Assembly: GCA_943331105.2 (NCBI GenBank)
Contig: CALQKH020000010.1
Coordinates: 130,298 to 162,297, forward strand
Origin: Akkermansia muciniphila
GTDB lineage: Bacteria > Pseudomonadota > Gammaproteobacteria > Burkholderiales > Burkholderiaceae_C
Direction of reading: 5' to 3'
DNA: 32,000 nucleotides
Notes under the pieces: model-generated
Databases searched by the model: none
Told to the model about the DNA's origin: nothing
The model's input: only the letters and a program-made list of their open reading frames with translations
Made by a program: the position numbers and the translations under genes
In this document: in pieces, positions 29,249-32,000 of the stretch
Layout: every line of letters begins with the position of its first letter
How positions within the stretch are numbered: the first letter of the stretch is position 1

Positions 29249-31354
29249 TTAAATGGCCTGAGGGTCTACATCCACCAACCACCGGATCACGCCTTTGTGT
29301 TCGGGCTGGCTGCGCACTTGGTGCAGGATGCCGTGAAGTAGCCACAGCACTTTTTGCAGCGCCATGCGGCTGGAACTTTCCAGCAACATTTGGGCGCGTT
29401 CCACATCGGCCACACGCTGCATGCTCATGGGCACAGCGGGGTAGAGGCTCACTTGCAACACCAAATCCGCAGTGGCAGGGTCTGCGCTTAAATGCGCTTC
29501 CAGGGTGTCGCGGGCTGAGTTCAACAACGCTTGGGCTGCTTCTTGGGTGCGGGCATCTGCCCGCAGCAGGGCCTGGTGGCTGATGGGGGGGAGCTCAGCG
29601 GCGGTGCGCTCGGCCAACTCGCTGGCGGCAAAGGCCGGGTAGTCGTGTTTTTTGAGCGCCTCAAACAGCGCGTGCTTGGGGTGAAAGGTTTGCACCCACA
29701 TCTCGCTGGTGGCGCTTTGGGCGGCATCGCGTCCGGCGCGACCTGCGGCTTGCATGAGCAGGGCAAACAGCCGCTCTGGCGCCCGAAAGTCGCTTGAAAA
29801 CAGCGCCGTGTCGGGGTTCACAGCTGCTACCAAGGTAATGCGCCTGAAGTCGTGGCCTTTGGCGATCATTTGGGTGCCGACCAACACATCGACCTCCCCC
29901 GAATGCACCTGCGCCAGTTGGCTCTCAAGGGCCCCCTTGAGGCGTGTGGTGTCTGCGTCGATGCGGGCAATGCGCACGGGATTGCCATCGGGCCGCAAGA
30001 CGTGCGCGAGCAATTCGCCGAGGTGTTCTTCGAGTTGCTCGGTGCCTCGGCCGATGGGGGCAATGTCGGCGTTGCCGCACTCGGGGCAGGCCCGGGGCAC
30101 GCGTTCGGTCAGGCCACAGTGGTGACAGCGCAAGGTGCGGTCGATTTTGTGGAACACCCGGAACGCGCTGCAGTGCTTGCACTCGCTTTTCCAGCCGCAG
30201 TCGGCGCAGTGCAGCACTGGGGCGTAGCCGCGGCGGTTGAGCAGCAGCATGCATTGCTCGCCACGCTGGACCCGCTCTTGGATGGCGGCCACCAACTGGG
30301 TGGACAGCACGGTGCGGCGCGATTGTTTGTTCATGTCCACGCGCCGCACTTTGGGCAACAGGCCTGTACCAATGCGCGAGGGCATGAGCAGGCGCTGGTA
30401 ACGGCCGCCTGGGTCATCCTCAGTGGCCGGGCGGCTGAGATGCCAGCTCTCGAGCGATGGCGTGGCCGAGGCCAGCAGCACGGGGGCGTTCTGTAGCCTG
30501 CCCCGGTACACCGCCAAGTCGCGGGCCGAGTAGCGTGCGCCTTCTTGCTGTTTGTAGCTGGGGTCGTGTTCTTCGTCGACCACGATGAGTTTCAGGTGCG
30601 GCATGGACGCAAAAATCGCCATGCGCGTGCCCAGCACGATGCGGGCTTGGCCCGCGTGCGCGGCCAGCCAGGCTTTGAGGCGCTGGGCGGGCGTCATGCC
30701 GCTGTGCATCGACACCACCGCCTCGGTGCCAAAGCGGGCCTGTACCCGTTCTTCGAGCTGGGGCGTGAGGTTGATCTCGGGCACCATGAGCAGGGCTTGG
30801 GCCTGCGGGTCGGCCGCCAGCATGCGCTCAACAGCTTGTAAATACACCTCGGTCTTGCCGCTGCTAGTGCTGCCAAACAGCAAAAACGGCCCGGTGCCCT
30901 CGGCCATCTGTTCCAGCACGGCGCTTTGTTCGGACGAGAGTGCCGGACCGGGCGTGGTTTGCACGGCGCGCTCGGTGTTCTGTTTTTTTAGGCGTCGTGC
31001 CAATTGCTTGGACGTCAGGTCGCGCAGCTGCGGCGGCAAAGCCGACAAAGCCACTTCGCCCAAGGCGCGCTGGTAATACTGGGCTGAAAACTGCACCAGT
31101 TGCCGCCAGGATGCGTCCAGTGGCGGCAGACCCTCCAGAACACCCAACACATCGCGCACACTGGAGGCGGGCATGTCGTTCGGGACTTGGTCGCGGATGG
31201 CCCAGACCACCCCCAGCACTTCGCGTTGGCCAAAAGGCACGCGCACCAATTGACCGAGGTGCACCGGTACAGGGCTGCGGTAGGTCAACAAGCCGCCCAC
31301 TTGGCTGTGCGCAGGGGCCTGAACGGCGATGTCAATCCAAATCGACAATGGCAA
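29249..31354 (-). CDS. priA: Primosomal replication restart helicase PriA
   Basis: 701 aa. Walker A GSTSSGKTEVY. DEEHD box. Cys-rich zinc region CADCGWKSECKHCSAFRVFH...CHHCG...CPECGN. Confidence 0.93.
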   Translation of the reverse strand: MPLSIWIDIAVQAPAHSQVGGLLTYRSPVPVHLGQLVRVPFGQREVLGVVWAIRDQVPNDMPASSVRDVLGVLEGLPPLDASWRQLVQFSAQYYQRALGEVALSALPPQLRDLTSKQLARRLKKQNTERAVQTTPGPALSSEQSAVLEQMAEGTGPFLLFGSTSSGKTEVYLQAVERMLAADPQAQALLMVPEINLTPQLEERVQARFGTEAVVSMHSGMTPAQRLKAWLAAHAGQARIVLGTRMAIFASMPHLKLIVVDEEHDPSYKQQEGARYSARDLAVYRGRLQNAPVLLASATPSLESWHLSRPATEDDPGGRYQRLLMPSRIGTGLLPKVRRVDMNKQSRRTVLSTQLVAAIQERVQRGEQCMLLLNRRGYAPVLHCADCGWKSECKHCSAFRVFHKIDRTLRCHHCGLTERVPRACPECGNADIAPIGRGTEQLEEHLGELLAHVLRPDGNPVRIARIDADTTRLKGALESQLAQVHSGEVDVLVGTQMIAKGHDFRRITLVAAVNPDTALFSSDFRAPERLFALLMQAAGRAGRDAAQSATSEMWVQTFHPKHALFEALKKHDYPAFAASELAERTAAELPPISHQALLRADARTQEAAQALLNSARDTLEAHLSADPATADLVLQVSLYPAVPMSMQRVADVERAQMLLESSSRMALQKVLWLLHGILHQVRSQPEHKGVIRWLVDVDPQAI

Positions 31355-31736
31355 ATGCTCCGATGTTTTGCATGAATTTGCAAATTTTGAGAGTTAGGTG
31401 AAGTCTCGAAATCAAGGCTAAGTGCTTGATTTCAAAGTGCTTTGGCCTCGTTCCAGAAAATCTGTGGATAACTTTGTTGAAAACTTGTCCTTAAGGTCTC
31501 CAAGGCCTTGCAAATCAAGGCCTTTGACAGATTGCTCACCAGATGGGCATTCAGATAAATATCAATCAAATCAATGACTTAGCTCATGTGTAAAAAACAC
31601 ACAAACCTGCTGTGTCACACCGCATATGAAAAGTGGCACGCCCTTTTTTTGTGCATAAGTCAAGAGGAAAAGTTGGTATTTTTGCAAAAAAACCGCATTT
31701 TTGGCGTGTTTGTGTGCTAGCTGAATTCTTCGGTTT

Positions 31737-32000
31737 TCAAGCCTTGTTGCGCAAATGGCGAGAGTGGCTGTGCACCGCTTCGACCAGTGCGGTCACATGC
31801 TCGGGTGGGGTGTATTGGCTGATGCCGTGTCCCAAGTTAAAGATGTGCGTGGGGCCCGTGGTGGCCCGGTCGGTGTGGGGGCGGCCAAAGCTGTCGAGCA
31901 CGCGGCGCACCTCAGTGGCGATTTGCTGGGGCGGCGCAAACAAGATGTTCGGGTCGATGTTGCCTTGCAGCGCCTTGCCGGGGCCGCCCACCTCGCCGCC
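31737..32000 (-). CDS. hemE: Uroporphyrinogen decarboxylase, C-terminal part (5' end lies beyond the window)
   Basis: The frame is open to the window edge. [15 protein letters not shown]...[27 protein letters not shown] matches the conserved HemE C-terminus. Confidence 0.85.
   Translation of the reverse strand, partial: GGEVGGPGKALQGNIDPNILFAPPQQIATEVRRVLDSFGRPHTDRATTGPTHIFNLGHGISQYTPPEHVTALVEAVHSHSRHLRNKA

Overview
This is a high-GC chromosomal segment (about 58% GC by hand count of sample lines). Its gene order suggests a betaproteobacterium of the Burkholderiales type, which is inference only. The core genes are the 3' end of rpoB, rpoC, rsmB, a DUF4390-like gene, an NtrY-like sensor kinase and an NtrX-like response regulator. 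After the accessory DNA the core resumes with an MBL-fold hydrolase, a fadD-type acyl-CoA ligase, a GNAT acetyltransferase, corC, lnt, priA and the 3' end of hemE.

About 13 kb of accessory DNA (roughly 10008-23079) sits between the regulator and the hydrolase, organised around tRNA-Phe.

(1) An orphan 5' tRNA-Phe fragment (9982-10007) is followed by a 2.9 kb lower-GC islet with no integrase. The islet carries two exported-protein genes, one for an LTXXQ-motif protein and one for a beta-lactamase-fold serine hydrolase.

(2) The intact tRNA-Phe (12924-12999) is followed by a ~10 kb island bounded by 91-bp direct repeats (12955-13045 and 22989-23079). This island encodes:
- a 430-aa tyrosine integrase;
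- a nested, very AT-rich cassette with two secreted proteins of unknown function;
- an operon of a 242-aa unknown protein plus a truncated clamp-loader-like AAA+ ATPase;
- a protein with a WWWEFLRRN motif and a helix-turn-helix (HTH) segment;
- a 194-aa tyrosine recombinase consisting of the catalytic domain only;
- an ~860 bp non-coding stretch;
- two or three small genes.

The most unusual signal is a 17-bp palindrome, TGTCGTT-NNN-AACGACA. It occurs eight times on the island backbone, in both genic and intergenic positions, and was found nowhere else in the window. Two copies sit inside identical 23-bp direct repeats. I recognised no CRISPR array, rRNA gene, transposase or known defence system.
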